A stretch of DNA of 64,000 nucleotides from Phoronis australis (taxonomy: Eukaryota; Animalia; Phoronida): assembly GCA_002633005.1 (NCBI GenBank), contig NMRA01000011.1, forward strand, positions 439,395 to 503,394, read 5' to 3'. Shown piece after piece: positions 12,001 to 26,531 of this stretch. Every line of letters begins with the position of its first letter. Position 1 is the first letter of the stretch. The position numbers and the translations under genes were made by a program. The notes under the pieces are model-generated. The model was not told the DNA's origin, made no database searches, and saw nothing but the letters and a program-made list of their open reading frames with translations.

Positions 12001-14918
12001 AGCTGGCTATAATGCTCTTAGACCAGCCAACCAGTTTTTAATCATCCAATTTTGATACTATATCTTAATCTCCTTGTACCTTTCTGATCCCGCCTGATTA
12101 AGTTTGTTTCCCTTCTCCCAGTTTTGTCCTCTCGCCATTTAAGTCAGGAGCTCTATTCTATTTTATAAATTTGCTCGAGGACTTGATATATTGTCATGTA
12201 CTTACTGACCTTTATCTACACAAATACATAATCATTCAAGTTGTGTGTCAGTTTATTTTTTTTCCCTTTTTTGTGGGTCCTTCAGCGTGCATTCTATTGA
12301 CTGACAGGTGTCTCGTTAACTTGAGAGCAAGGTGAGGACACAAAGTGATGTCGTCAAAGAATCTCGCTTATGAAATGATAGTCGTACCATCCTGAGAAGC
12401 TGAAACTGGTGGAGAGTAGTTTATAGCAGTGGAAATATACATTTATTTCTTTAAATGTTGATGCAAAAAGTGACGTCTTAGTCAACCCAGCTAGTGTTGT
12501 CCAATAAACTTTGAAATTAGACCCCAGCGCAGTTTGGGCTAATTACTTGTGTGCCCATGTTTGTTGTTGTGTTTGTACTACTACTACTACTTAAGTCTTG
12601 TTGGCCAATGTCAAAACTTTCCTAATGGGCTGTGTCCATATTGGACACTGAAGAGGGTTTAAAAATAGCTTGGCTAATCTCTGTCAACAAATGAATTGCG
12701 CTTTAAATTTAGTCCCTTTACCATCTGATAACTGTTCACAAACTGGCTAAAACTCTTTTTTTAGCTGATAGCAAAGATGCAAGTTATGTGAAGGGTGCAG
12801 TAGTTGCACTTTTTCTGAATCTTGGCTGGTGGATTGAGTTGCCCCGAAACTGCTGGCATTTTTGTTGGCACTTTTTCGCCAGACTGCTTACTTCAAAAGA
12901 CACACATGCCCAGGGGTAAAAGGGTTTTGTTTATCATCCTATTTATTTATGGTAGTGAGTGAACTTGTCTTGACTTCAATTTTCGCTTAAAGTGGCTTGG
13001 AGAAAATTTTTTTTTGAAATCAGCCCCACGAAGCACACATTTTAACCGGGAACCTTCGCCAACAGTGTGGTGATGAACTAATCCCTCCTAGATAAATGAC
13101 AGGAGTATGTTAAGCATATTTAACTGGTCAAGTCACCAGTTTTAATGTCAGTCAATGTCTGGCAGATTTCGACGAGATTTGGCGATTTGTAATGAAACCA
13201 AAAAATCAATGTTTTTGTTACAGTGGAACGCAGGATGATAGAATATCACAGGTATTGTGATGAAAAAACGAATCGGTTCTAAGCCCGCACAAAATAATGC
13301 GCATAATGTCGAGATTTGTTCTTATTTTCCCAGATATTGTTATTAAGACCATCAAAAATTCATCACAAATTGATTCTCACCCACTTGTTATCAAACAGGG
13401 GACTGACAATCATAACTTGGGAAGCATTTATATTTCAGATAAGTTCTCATTTTTTTGATAATTATGTAAACTCGTCTCAACCTACTAATTGTCGTTTCTT
13501 CCTTGCTCCATTTAGTATGATCTGCTTATATAATAGTCTTGGTAATACAGTTGCTGTCTAGTCGGAATGCGCTTATGGTGTTTTAGAATATCCCATTTAT
13601 TATCATACTTCACTTCGAAATCGAGGGTATTACTTCAAAAAATTTATCCCATCCAACAATTATACCAAAAATGTTTTTTACTGTAAAAACGATAGGTGAC
13701 AACTGCATGGGCTAATGATGAGAATTTCGCTGATCTTACCCAATTTCTGCCGAACGAGAATTCCGACTTCTGTCCTGTAATTTGAACGTGGTGGCAAATG
13801 CACTGAATTTATGAATTAAACGGAACAATTGTGAATCAAGGGTAATGAATCTTGAAAAACTGTTAGTAAATTAAAGTTTAGAAGACAACACCAACTTTAA
13901 AATGAATTTAGAGGGATTTATTGTCTGACTTTTATACTCGCAGCCGCAACTTGGAATTTTTCCAGGTCCCCAAATCGAGTGCTTAAGGTACCTAAGTACG
14001 TATCCCTTAAAGTGATTCGGGTGGTTGGGAGACAAACTAACTGTTGGCAAAAATGGCCCTTCTGCGAATAGCTCAGATGTCTGGCAAAAACGCTTGAGTT
14101 TTCGCAAATGTTTTACCGAGCAACATTGCTTTTTTTTTTCAGCTATCATGTGAACCTAATATTAGAAACTTTTAACTGCACTAGAGTGTCTAATCTAGTA
14201 GCTTGTGGGTTATTAATAAGACCTCCACCATCAACAGCTCATTGTGTTTTGATAATTAATTCCATACTTTCTATCAGCCAGTAAGCACTCTCTTCACTAT
14301 AAATGATATTGAATTTTTTCAGGATCGACTACCAAAGTCACCTTTGCTGCACAATAGCCAATCAATATCAGTTTGTACTGTTCAAATTTTCCTACAATTG
14401 TATGCTATAGTATAGCTGGTTGAAATGAGCCACAATGCTTCCCTAGTAATATGTATTGTCCCTAGATGGTTTACAGATATTCACATTCCATGATGTTTTA
14501 TGCCCTAGTTAAGTGTCACGTTCTCTTTAATTGCTGACATTTGTGCCGCTTGTCATTTTATTTGCAGATATTTTTTGCCACAGGAGTTGGTAGAAAGCTA
14601 GAGTTGATGACGTCATGATGTAGTTGTGTACATAAAGTGGCTGTAAACCGATGTTCCGTCCAAAAAGATAACTTTTGATTAATGCCTCATACTTCAACTT
14701 TTTCTTATTCAAATGAGAAATTATCTTCGGTTTGCAAAGACCTGACAGTTGATGATTGCATGAGACCATGATTGGTGCATATACTGACACGACAGGTCAA
14801 CTTGAAGAGTCTGATCTCAAGTGATAACTAAGTCATGACAGTTCTTAATTGAATGCCAGCCCTGTAATGTCAGGTTGCTTTTGTAGCCACTTTTCAAGTC
14901 TTAAAACCATGTAAAGAT

Positions 14919-15400
14919 CAGGGCTTGGAATTTTCCGCTTTTTTCAAATGTTCTGTCCGCGTATTTTATTATATTTCAGTGTAAAAAAATCGGATTTGAT
15001 ATAAAATTTCCGCGGCAAATTCCTTTCTTACCGCGGCGTTGCAGACGACGTTCACCTCGAAAAGCGGAAGTTGCTCTTTATGTTTCGGAGGAACGTAAAT
15101 TGTCAACATTGCCGGGGCATCTGGGATAGCGTGGTGGGATTGTCAATGGCGTCTCGTGTTATTGTAAACCGCGGCGACAAATACTACGGCCCTGCAGCCA
15201 AAAATGTGTGGGTTGGGAGTGGACGGACGAGCTAAAAGGACGCACACGCATGCTACTGATGGTGGTAATGTTTTTTTTTTTTAGTCCTCCCGATTTTTGT
15301 CGGGGAAAGGTTCACATCCACCACTTCAAGGCTGGGTAGCGCGCATGATTTGGGCCGTAAGAGTTTCAGCGTTTTTTGTCATTGGCCATTCCAAGCCCTG
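14919..15400. mobile_element. MITE with 13-bp perfect TIRs (hAT-like termini)
   Basis: cagggcttggaat ... attccaagccctg, flanked by the direct repeat aaagat on both sides. Confidence 0.75.
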
Positions 15401-15539
15401 AAAGATAAGCTAACCAGGCATAAGTTTTGGGCCGCGCCCCACATCTTTGGTGTAAAAAATTCTATGGATACATTTAGTGAGTCACAGTCTCACTGTGTTA
15501 ATATTGCTTGAAATGATAGTCATTACATTTAGACTCTTA

Positions 15540-18500
15540 AGGTCCTTTCATATTGACTTAACTCCGTTCTGAGCTCTGGAGCATCGGCATGAACTACGAA
15601 GTTGATGGAAGCTGAAGTTCTGTCTTGATTAACTGCACTTCATTCTGACTGGGCACAGTAAAACACGTTCAAATAAATGTCAACTGATGGATCCATTCTG
15701 ATTATGAATCAAATGTAATGATGCTAAATTTCGTTTTGTCAACTTAATGAGCTTTTTTATGCACAAAGCATTTCACCTTGCCGTGACCCTCCACTAGATG
15801 TTTGTTCACATTTTGTGTTGAAATGGTTAGGTTGATACCATGTTCCTTGAAGTTCCTTGTTTTTTCAAGATAAATTCAAGTTTCATTTGATTGCATCTAT
15901 TGGATTACTGATTATCAGTATGTGCTTGTCAAGTATATTTGCTATTTGCGTTTTACAGTACCATATTGCTTGTTAATGCTTTTAGCGCTTTCAGTCTGTT
16001 GAGTGCTGACATTAATCTCGTTAATTACTATGCTTTTGTGGGTTTTAATCAGTGATATTGATGATGGTACAGTAAAAAATGTTCTAGTTTGGGACAGTCT
16101 CTCAACATTGAGACAATGACATTCAAAGCAAAATTGAATTTTCTTGATTCTGAAAATTAGGACATGGGTGATTTTGGCATTCATGATATTTATCAAATAT
16201 CGGACACTGCATGATTTGTGTCTACAGAGTCTGAAAATGGACCTGGCAGTTGATAAAATCATCAAAAACTGGATGCTGATGCAACGTTTTCCTGACTCCC
16301 CGTAGGTGAATGATCGTTTGTTGTTGATTGTGATTCTTTAATTTGTGAAGACCAGTATTGCCTATTTCTAAAATTTGCACAAATTCTAACCTTGAGCAAA
16401 ATGATTAATTTTCCACTGTCTCATAGTGAAGAGTTTTTACTGTAAATACTTCATCTGTATAATGCCTTCATGGCTGTGGTCGTCTCGTAGGAATGGATAG
16501 TTTGGAGTTGTCAAAGTGGTAATTGCACACTCAAACGTTTTTGTTTTTAATCATTCGTGTGTTTTTCCTTCTAACAAAATCGTTTGTGAATGATTTTTTG
16601 ATAGTGAATTTTCTTTTTTATCTTTTTATTAGTAGTTATATGCTAAATTGTCATTTATTTCTGTGACATCAAGAAATGAACATTCATATATAATGTACGC
16701 AGCATTGACCTAAATGGTAGGTGACACTGTCGTAATTGAGGTAATTGCACTTAGTAGTGCTGATACATCCTGTGCGCGTGACTTTTTTAACATGGCAATT
16801 TGAGAACATTTATGTGTGATAATTGACGCAAAACCTATTTCTAATTCAATTGTTGAATATTCGAGCAAAGTACCGTATTCGCCCTAATAAGCGCCCATGC
16901 CCCTATAAGCACCCCTCACGTGTTTTCAGACTTCGCTAAAGTAAACGCCCAGCCCATGAACATGTACATGCAAAAAATGCCTTACCTACAGTTCTAAAAT
17001 TCTACAGTAACATCTTTAATTTATCAATTAGACCAGACAATCCTGAAAAAACTGTGCGCGGCATTTGTTGACCACGAGCCTCGCTGCTTCGTCGGTATTT
17101 AGCCGTCACTATACTTTTCAAACTTCGCGGCCTGCTTCAAAAAAGAGTGCAAAGGTTTTGCTGATCTTGCAAGGAATGTGTCGCACTACGGTCTGGCCTT
17201 TCAGAACAGACGCAGTGTACTTGACAACTGGATGTATCTTTCCCGTACAGATCTCCCTAAACAGGAATCCAAATTTTTTTACACATGAAAACTGCAATTG
17301 AAGACTATAAAAAAACTTGACCAGCATTAAAAGCACATGGCCAGGAAGCACACGCTAGATACATGTACCAGTCATCAAAGACATTAGTCGAGAACTATCT
17401 ATTCATGAAACTGGTAGAACAGCATCGGCAAGAAATAAATTTTGGCACTAATTTCTGGAAGTTTCTAATACCGTAAAAAACTTTTGTGTTATTTTTAAAA
17501 GGAATTATTTAATTAATCATAACTGGTGTTTTTAAAGTCAAAATGACTCACTTCCACACCCTTACACCCCGAATCTCTTGGAAAATAACTGTTAGACTGT
17601 CATGCATCCAGTCACCCGGCAACTCAATGACATTTAATATCGGCCATACCCAGACAATTCTCGAATGTTTTTTAGAAGATGAGACCAGCAAGTGCTAAAT
17701 AAAGCACATTCTGCTTGTGTTTATTTCTTTAGTTACAATGCACACCTAGATCGTTACATTGGTGTTAATCTTGCAAATGAACGCTGATGACAAGCACACG
17801 CTCCCTCACTCACACACAACACACGCAGACGAACTTCGAAATGAAATTGTCACGTGACAACGTCATGCGTGTTCGTCCAGAGATTTTTCTCGTGTTGCGA
17901 GGTACGATGTAGCGCAGATTAGGACTTAATCTGCACTTAATCCAGACACCACACGAACTTAAAATCTTAGGGACGTTATTTGGAAAACTTAAGGAGGATT
18001 TCAGGTAATTTGTTGAGTCGAAACTATTTTTATTCAAGAATTCAAGTTGCCGTATCGATGATCACAAAGCAGCGATGCATCAGTCAGTGAGTTTTCGCAC
18101 TGGGATTTTAGCACAATTTTTTGAAAAATGATCGTAATTTAACAATGAAGTTTGATAGCAATGCACTACAATTTTGTAGAAAGTCTGTCATACGTTACAG
18201 ATATGTCACAGAGTGTAAATTTGATGAATCCTAGCTTCCGATTTCACCCGTTTCGGACACCGGGTTTCAATCGCCTTAGGCTACAATAAGCACCCCCCCT
18301 CCAAAAAGAATTTTTCTAAGCGCTTATTAGAGCGAATATGGTATTAGCATATATTAGCAACGGCAATGCCCTTTAATTATTGACAATAGCAGTGGCACCT
18401 GGCGATAAGTTTGATGAGACCGAAGTTGACTGTTCATACTGCACCGTAGCGCCCACGCTTCACTGTTAAATCCACCTATTTCTTGTTCACTGTTCACTTC

Positions 18501-18573
18501 GATCTAAGCCCAAAGGTAAGTGTTCATACCTTGCCCTTAATATCAATGTGTCCACGTAGGGATGAAAAGGCCT
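15540..18573 (-). mobile_element. Inverted, interrupted copy of the 5123-5609 Harbinger-type MITE
   Basis: 15540-15660 matches the reverse complement of the right end (aggtcctttcatattgacttaact); 18398-18573 matches the reverse complement of the left part (cctggcgataag...gttcatactgcaccg). Confidence 0.6.
16873..18341. mobile_element. Non-autonomous Tc1/mariner(pogo)-type DNA transposon (1.47 kb)
   Basis: TA|ccgtattcgccctaataagcgc ... gcgcttattagagcgaatatgg|TA; 20/22 TIR match, TA TSD; no transposase ORF. Confidence 0.8.
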
Positions 18574-20468
18574 AGTGTCCATATGTACAATGAACTTGAC
18601 AACATGTCTGAATATTGTCATGTTTTGTATACCTGTCAAAATCTTTTAAAACATGACGTTACTTGTGGATACGTTGCCATGGTATCTGTTTCTCACCTCA
18701 TCTTATGATGGACATTCCAACCAAAAATGAAGTTCTGATTTTATTTTACACTAATTAGAACATGAACATATCACATTTATGGCTAGACCCACATATCTCC
18801 CACCATCATTCATGTGAGAATGACCTCCACGTGTAACTCTTGCCAGAGCAGTTCTAAGTAAAAGACTATCAAAATACATTATGTATTAGAGTTCTCACAA
18901 GAAATCAATTTTAACTAGTTTATACACGTCTAATGACTGGAAGGAAATTTTTGTTTGCCAGTGTGGCATGTCTCCATGTCAGTACAACGATATTTCAAGA
19001 TAGACGCAACATTTTAATTAGGGATACATTCACCTTAAATGTAAGCAAGTTTCATACATTTAGGGAGCTAAAAATTCCGTGGAACTGGCGTTCGCAAATG
19101 CGGGTGCTTTCAAAGAAGTCTCAAACATATAGATTTCTGGTGTTAAGCCAAACATTGGCGCTAACTGCTAGCTCAGACAAGTACTGTAAGTCCTCGACAC
19201 TGTTACTTATAAACAGTAGAAAGTACAGAAATTATTTAAAATAAAATATTATTCTTATTTATTTATAAATGTCACCTTCAGAAGATTCCAGCCTTCTAAT
19301 AAATGGTATGTTTTCTCTAAGATTCAATCTCATTGCATGAATTTGATGCCTAAAACTTAATGAAACTACTGATCCAGTTAAGTCCCAATTCCACAAATAG
19401 CCTACTCTAGAACAACTTACACTGGTGCAAGATATCCCACTCTTGAGTAAAGCGCCCACACACACACATCCAATAACTAGGGTAAGGCGAAAGTTGTCCC
19501 TCTGTACATGGCAAAGAACACCTAATGCAAGTATGTCGTGCAAAAGAAAACCCGTCTATGTAACCGCAGCTGATAATTAGTTTCACCCTACCCCACCTTT
19601 GCGACTACACACCGAGTCAAGCCTGTGGGAGAAACAAAACCCAGCTGCCATATGACAAAGTGACTGGCTTCTAACAGCAGTGGTTTGCGTGGAAATGCTG
19701 CCATCTTGGTATTTTTCCCTGCGCGGTGTCGCTTTGAGCGAGTGTTGGTTTTATTGTATCTGTGGCACTGCTTTTACTATTAATTATTACTTGGTAAAAT
19801 AGAATTGTTTGTTTCCACCTTACAGGTCGCATTTTTCGTCCCATTCTCCCAAAATTCACACATAGCCTGTTGTTCTGGAAGTACTGGAAGCCTATTGTTT
19901 TTGGTCATGATCGGATTCAATATGGTGGATGTGGTGGCCATTTTGTTTTTGATTTCATGTTCAAATGCTTGTTGAGGTCAATTTTTGACGTGCACGGCTT
20001 AAAATTGGTACAGTTATTGTAGGAAACGTGTTCTACAGATGTGCTGTAAATCATCCACTTACAGTTAAAAATGGTGGCCATTGCATTCAGGCACCTCGAT
20101 TTTCAGACTAAATTGTTTGTCTTGTAGTAAGCGCATTGTAGAACCATTTGATTCGAAATTGTGAGTAGCTGTTTTTGAGTGCCGCTTAAATGGAAGTGAT
20201 TTTCAAAATGGCAGATCTGACTCATTTTGATCAAGGTTCAATCATGCTGGGGTGCCATTTTGAACGGGACAGGAAATGATGTGAATTTTTGCATGTGGAT
20301 TCTCTAAGGTATGATCTTTCAAATGAACTGTGACATTTTTTCTCTCTGACTTACCGTTTTTGAGTTACCGTATTTGCAATATGTGAAAATTTTATGAAGC
20401 CAAGTTGTTAGATAAAATTTTGAACGGCCTTTCAGAAGATGTTTTCCATTTTTCTCTACAACGTCTCA

Positions 20469-21319
20469 TTTTTATGCACCCACATATTTATATGTGGACG
20501 CATTATGCCGTCATCTCCGTCCGTCCGGCTTCTGGCCGGTGTCCGCTGCTCTATCTCCAAAACGCTTTGATATATGTTCATGAAACTTTGCACCTGTTGC
20601 TTTTGTGGATGGGATGGCGGAGCGAACTTTCGGACGGATTCGACTACCGGTGTGCCCCCTAGTGGCAATTTTAGTTTTTTACGTTTACCACTGTATCTTC
20701 AAAAGTTTTGAATGGATTTTCATAAAATTTGGTATATAGGCACCTATTAGTGAGATAACGCTATCCTCCCATTTTCAGATGGATTTGATGTACTTTACGC
20801 CACCTAGTGGCCCTTTTTACTGTTTTCGAGTCTGTTTTTTGCGTCCACCCCTCTATCTGATCCAAACCGCTCAATGGAAGATTGTGAAAATTGGCATGTA
20901 TGTTTTTACTATGAACTGGACAGCTGAAGATGATTTTCCGACGACTTGGACTACTGTGGCACCTCCTAGTGGTAGTTTTGTTTTGCTTTGCGCCCATAGC
21001 TGTATCTCTAAAACCCACTGCAGAATCTTTATTAAATTTAGTAAGTGAATTTATATGAAGGTAACAGACGACGGCTTTCAGGCAGATGAAACGGACGCTG
21101 TGCCCACAAATGGCAATCTCATTTTGTTCTGTTTTCCTTTGTTTCTCTGAATTTCTTTGACAAATTTTTATGAAATATGGCATGTTCCCGTTTTTGGAAG
21201 GATTGTACGTATTTGTGCCAACTAGTGGCCATATTTATGATACAAATAAATAACCTTAAAAAGCACACTGTTTGCGATGCATTCGTGGGTGCATTTCAAC
21301 GCTCTGCGTTGCTCTTGTT
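20469..21319 (+). mobile_element. HINE/Helentron-like family A copy (about 0.85 kb)
   Basis: 5' subTIR atgcacccac in a hairpin with tgtggacgcat; ccgtccgtcc microsatellite; 3' subTIR gtgggtgcat followed by stem-loop caacgc-tct-gcgttg; T-rich flanks. Confidence 0.8.
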
Positions 21320-21454
21320 GAATTATATATGGGATTTTCTGATGAAGCTGGGCCTTTGTTGATTTTTGTTGGTTTAATTTCTTTTGAACAAGACTATATT
21401 TCTTACTCATTTCTGACATCTTCATTCGTCACATGATAGTTATAATCATCCTAT

Positions 21455-21520
21455 TCATCATCGCCACCACCATCATCGTCATCATCATCATTGTCATCAT
21501 CATCTCCAAATTATCATCAT
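21455..21520. repeat. (CAT)n-like microsatellite
   Basis: catcatcgtcatcatcatcattgtcatcatcatc. Confidence 0.75.
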
Positions 21521-23102
21521 TTCTGTTAGTTTTGGCAAGTGTCGCTCCTGTGATCGCTTTCATTCAAAATATCATCCGATAGGCAGCTGTAGCCCACAAT
21601 CTTGAAAATTTTCTTTTAAAAATTAGAAAATGCTATCGCTCTTAGGAGCAACACTTAGCAAATTTGAATAAAGATTTAAAAGATGAGTTCGACAGTGAAG
21701 CCAAGAACATCAGCAACCATGACCCCAATGCCTATTACACCAAAGTACAGTAAACAATAAAACTTAAAAAAAGACTCCCACTGCACCACCGTGCATCTGA
21801 TTTCGCCCAAAAACAGAAGTCCTTTAGCTATTGGCCAGATAAACGCTACACTAAAGTTCGTGTGGAGAATACTAATATGATAGGCCAATAAAGTGTAACT
21901 AGATATAATTCAATAAAAAAGAGTCACTAAATGTAGTGAGAAACTAGTTCCTCAGCCCATGTAGCGCTTGAAAAGATCGAAACACATACCAAATTTCAGA
22001 CAAATCTATCAAGGGAGGCCAAAGATACAACACAAATAGTCAGAAAATCTTGAATAACTCGAAAATGGTAAAATCTTGAGGAAGACAAATGGTGTGTTCG
22101 GATAGCCAGTGAAATGATCTATCCACAAAAAAGATTAGAAAAATCCCTCCAAAGACAGCGGAGCCATACCAAAATGATGGAAAATGGCTGTCGTAATACC
22201 ATCTTGCTTCCAATTTCAACCAAAAACAATAAAGTTCGAGCTATTACAAGTCACCTGTGTAAATCCGTGTTGATTGGTTACGAAATGCTACTTGTAGTGT
22301 GCAAACGAAGAAATTATTATTATGACAATAGCTTTAACAAAATTTCATTTCTCCATGTAATACTTTTATCCACCATTTTATATCCTAAATAAGACAATAG
22401 GCTTCTATTCCTATGATTTACAACTTAGTGGTTTGTTTGTTAAGTGCTTCATAATTTGTATTTGAACTGGGAAGCACATTACTCCTGTTTACTTTGCCTA
22501 ATCATCCCTGAACAAACCTGTGTTCAAATGAAACTGTCTTGTGCTACACTGAGGATACCTGGTCAAGTGCAATTCCGTTCTTTTTCCATTTTGATGGCCA
22601 CACCGCTTTGTTGTCAGCCATGTATCTGTGAAATTTGAATGAAGATTTTGCATGACAGCCTTGAGTTAACGGCCATGGACAATCATGTTTTATAGGCACA
22701 GGTGTGTTGTTTTTAGGTGCCATCACTGGCTGGAAAAGAAAAAATGCTGGCATGCCTGTTTTGTTGGTGCTTTAGGTTAGAAGATGGAAGCAAGGAATTG
22801 AAAAAAGTCACTGCGGCGAAATGTCCGTGGTGATGAACTGTAGTTGTCACATGATCGGCCAGAATATTGCATTTTGCATACAGATGGTGTGTTAATTAGT
22901 CACGTGAGGGTACATAGGATATGACGTGGACACAGGTTTAAAATGCACCTATATAGCTCTTGTTATGTTATTTATCACTTTGAAATAGTTAAGGGGAATT
23001 TGATAATTTACTAAATGGAATTTCCTGTTTTTCAAAACAGAAAACTAAGGTTTGTGTATACAGATTCTAAGACGACCACATTGAAGAGCACCTCTTCAAA
23101 AC

Positions 23103-23741
23103 TATGGTAATGTCAGTGACATGTTGTCTAGTGTCCTCTGAAAATACACGTCCATCTGTTCATCTATTGTCAAGTTGATGTCGGGCGTGAAATTTCATTG
23201 TCACAGTCGCAAGTCGAACAGCATGCTCCGATTAAAAAAAAGCACGAAACCAAAACACAAGTCAGTCGCGCTACAATGAAAAATTGCAGCCTTTGGTATA
23301 ATCCTCATTTGTATTTTCATTAGAAATTTTTGTTGTGCGGAACTTGATTCTTTTCTTAGATGAAGCGTGTAACACAAGATAAAGGCAAGTTAGACTTGAG
23401 AAACAATCGAGTTACGGTTCTATAATCGTTAAGACAAGGTGAAAATTTCACAGCCGGTGGTGGTGATTCTCGTCTAGCTCAAGCCTTATGTAGTAATCAA
23501 CAGACACTTTAGTTCCATGAGATTTGCGTCAAGCCGAATTTAGCGTTTCTTTTACATTTTCCTTGTCCGAAATTCATGGGACAGAAATCCAATATTCATG
23601 ATGTTGTACGAAAATCAAGTACCATTGAAAAACAGTTTCGGACCTTGTACGCATTTGGCGGACCATAAAAAACTCATTTTGAAAATATTTATTCTTGTCC
23701 CAAAATGCCGGGCCGCCCGAAAATCGTGCGACTTTACCGTA
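23103..23741. mobile_element. Possible degraded TA-flanked DNA transposon
   Basis: tatggtaatgtc ... gactttaccgta imperfect short TIRs. Confidence 0.35.
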
Positions 23742-25857
23742 ACTTAAGCTGAAGCTAGCTATTCAGACTTACTTCTATAACTTTCTGACATAACAGACGT
23801 AATCACTCCCCAAAACTTGAATAAAAGAAGTGCAGAAAATAACGTTATCCATTGGTCTTCCACTGGTTGGAACATTTAAGGTATGGAGATTAAATGGCCT
23901 AGTGCAAAGTTTTTCTAAAATGATCTTTGACTAGTGTATTTCCATCCTGCCATCCTTCCCTTCATTGGCTGAGTGGCCCTGTGTCAGTCATTGTTACACC
24001 GTTAAAGCAGTTACAGTCTCTCTCATCCAATGTGGGACCATAACAGGACCCAAGTCTCTGCAGTGCAGCATCGGCCCTGGTGTAGTATCAGCTGCTTTCA
24101 TAGGTCAGTGGAAGGTGAAGGAGGGGTATTCACAATAATCACTGTGGGTTATTGTGTGGAGATTCATTATCTGCAATCTGATTTAAACGGGGGCTTACGT
24201 AAACCCTCAGTTGGCACGTTTGTTGGATAACGTGTGCTTACACACTTTAGACTTTTTTAGAATGTACGTTCGCCAAATCGACTGTTGATGAGTTAAGTGG
24301 TAGCAACACAGATGGTGGGTAGCGGTTTCCCTCCTCGCAACAATTTCCAAACTTGTTGCGTACAGGAACGAGAATGAAAAATTGAATATTGGACAGCCAC
24401 TAGTGTGACGCAATTCTTTATGAAGAGTATCCTTATCGTGTGAAATTTACTTGAAGAAATCCTGTTATGTGTTCTGGTAACATTTTAATCGGAAAAAATG
24501 TTTGTATTGGGATACAATTTACCCGATGTTCTGAATTCCACCGAATTTGCCTGGACTAAAGCTGGGAAATTTTATTCATGAGTTGCCATGGTTTGTTTAC
24601 TCAAGTATAACATGATGTCAATGCTTTCTAATAGTAGCGACAAAAATACCGGTATTCCGGCAGTCATTGGCTCAATATTCTCTCTCGCCTGTCTCTGATG
24701 ATAATCTACTTATAATATCAGGTTTTCAGTTCTAACAGAAGTGACTACAAATCAATACTCTACAGAACTGGTTCTTCAAGCTGAGTTTCTACCTTTGAAA
24801 GATCCCTCTGTTTTAGACATGTGTAACTGCATTTCAACTTTTCTCCCTTTTTGTCATGACCTCTGCATTTGAAATTGATTAATATGTTTGTAAGTTTGGA
24901 TTGGAAATTATGTTTACGTATAACTGTTTTATTTAGACATTGTAACGTTGACGACCTGAGCTCAAGGCTTACTTAATAAGTACAATTTTAGTTTTTCATT
25001 GCTCAGCTCGCCAAACGCGACCTCAATTTATGACAACGCCGTTCACACAAGAAGTATCGAACAGTGGATGTGCTAATGGCAGCAGGGTGGAAATCTGGCT
25101 GTGCCACACAAGTTGTGATAGCTTGACACACCTAGATCATGACTGGCGTAGACATGAGCAGACCATTAAAACAGGCCAAGTTGTGTAGACAAAGCAATTA
25201 ATTGTAGCGCTGCATGAAAGAGAACTGTTACAATTCTGAAAAAAGTGCTTCATCCCAATGTGATTGATTACAAAGGTGTTGAATACAGTGGAATGACATA
25301 CAAGCTTACTTCTAACATCATTAGAAGTCTATGAATCAAAGTAACTCTACATTGAAAAATCCACAGTTTCTCACTGTAACAGTAGCGTTTCTTTGCCATT
25401 TTTTGGTCATGACCTACTTGACCTAGCCTAGCCGCCACCACGCAGTAGTAGTAGCATCGCAGTCAGGTGCATTACAAGCGACGCCTATCACACATCTTCG
25501 GTACTAAAAATTTGACGATCTCAAATTCGAAATGATGAGCTGAGATTTGACTCAACTCGCCAATAGTGAATTTTGCATTTTCTTAACATCGGACGCTGTG
25601 TTCCCTGACACAACATTGACTTCAGATGGTGTTGTTGAGATCACTAGGCTAATTTTGCCCATGCGTTTTGAAAATTCGATGATTACAGTTAAATAACTAC
25701 TATAATGCCGTCTGAGTTTAATTAACTTGTAGACTTCATCATTTTTACATCAAAGTGATGTGTGATCATGTAACCACTACTTTTTGAAATTATCACACCA
25801 ATTGACATATATAGTCTTGCAGGCGTGATGAATTGAATCTTACTAGTTTGTTTGATA

Positions 25858-26531
25858 TTTTCACCCGCTCACATCCTATGTCCACATCCTATGTCGTCTG
25901 TAGTCTGTCTGTCTGTTCCTACCTTTGCTTGTCCATTAATTATCTCAAAAACTGTTTAATAGATCATTATGACATTTGGTACTGATGTTTTAGTAGCAGT
26001 TGTTTTTCTGACTGATTCAACTACTGTGATGCACCCTGTTGGTGATATCTAAAATGTCAACAAGTTACGTATTGCTTGTCCTTTAGTTATTGATGGGTTT
26101 TGAAAAACTATACGCAAGATACATGGCGGAGAAACCCCAGCACTAGTTTGTTTTCACAAACACATCCCTGCAGCAGCACCACTTATTTTTTACAAGATTT
26201 CTTTATAGGACAATTTTTGTCAAAATGGCTTTCAGATTTTGATGAAATTTGATACAAAGATATATGATGGGTATGTGTAGGTATCGTGTAAGTATGACAA
26301 CTACGACGTAACTATGCGCCCCCTGTTGCTCATTTTACTTTTTGACAAGATATTGACGTTGATCATTGTCGAAATGGCTTGACAGATTTTTTATGGGCAT
26401 TGACTGAAAAATGTATGGCTAAGATGTGCCAGAACTGAGTCAGATTTCAGCTTTGATTTCATAGTGGTCTAATTATATTATAGGAATAATACTGAACACC
26501 TGTGGACGCATGCCGTTTGCGGTGCATTTGT
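25858..26531 (+). mobile_element. Diverged HINE-like repeat (second family)
   Basis: gtctgtctgtctgt microsatellite near the 5' end, gattttgatgaaatttg-type internal motifs, gcgccccctgttg, 3' GC hairpin gcatgccgtttgcggtgcat. Confidence 0.4.

Noticed and set aside
15942-16265. Minus-strand ORF containing SAKSINK, reminiscent of the CaMKII linker
   Set aside because: Wrong strand and position; chance short match
20405-21425. ORFs that recur with similar peptides at 8, 20, 47 and 59 kb
   Set aside because: Shared only because they overlie copies of a non-coding HINE repeat; frames are not conserved and no Rep/helicase motifs are present
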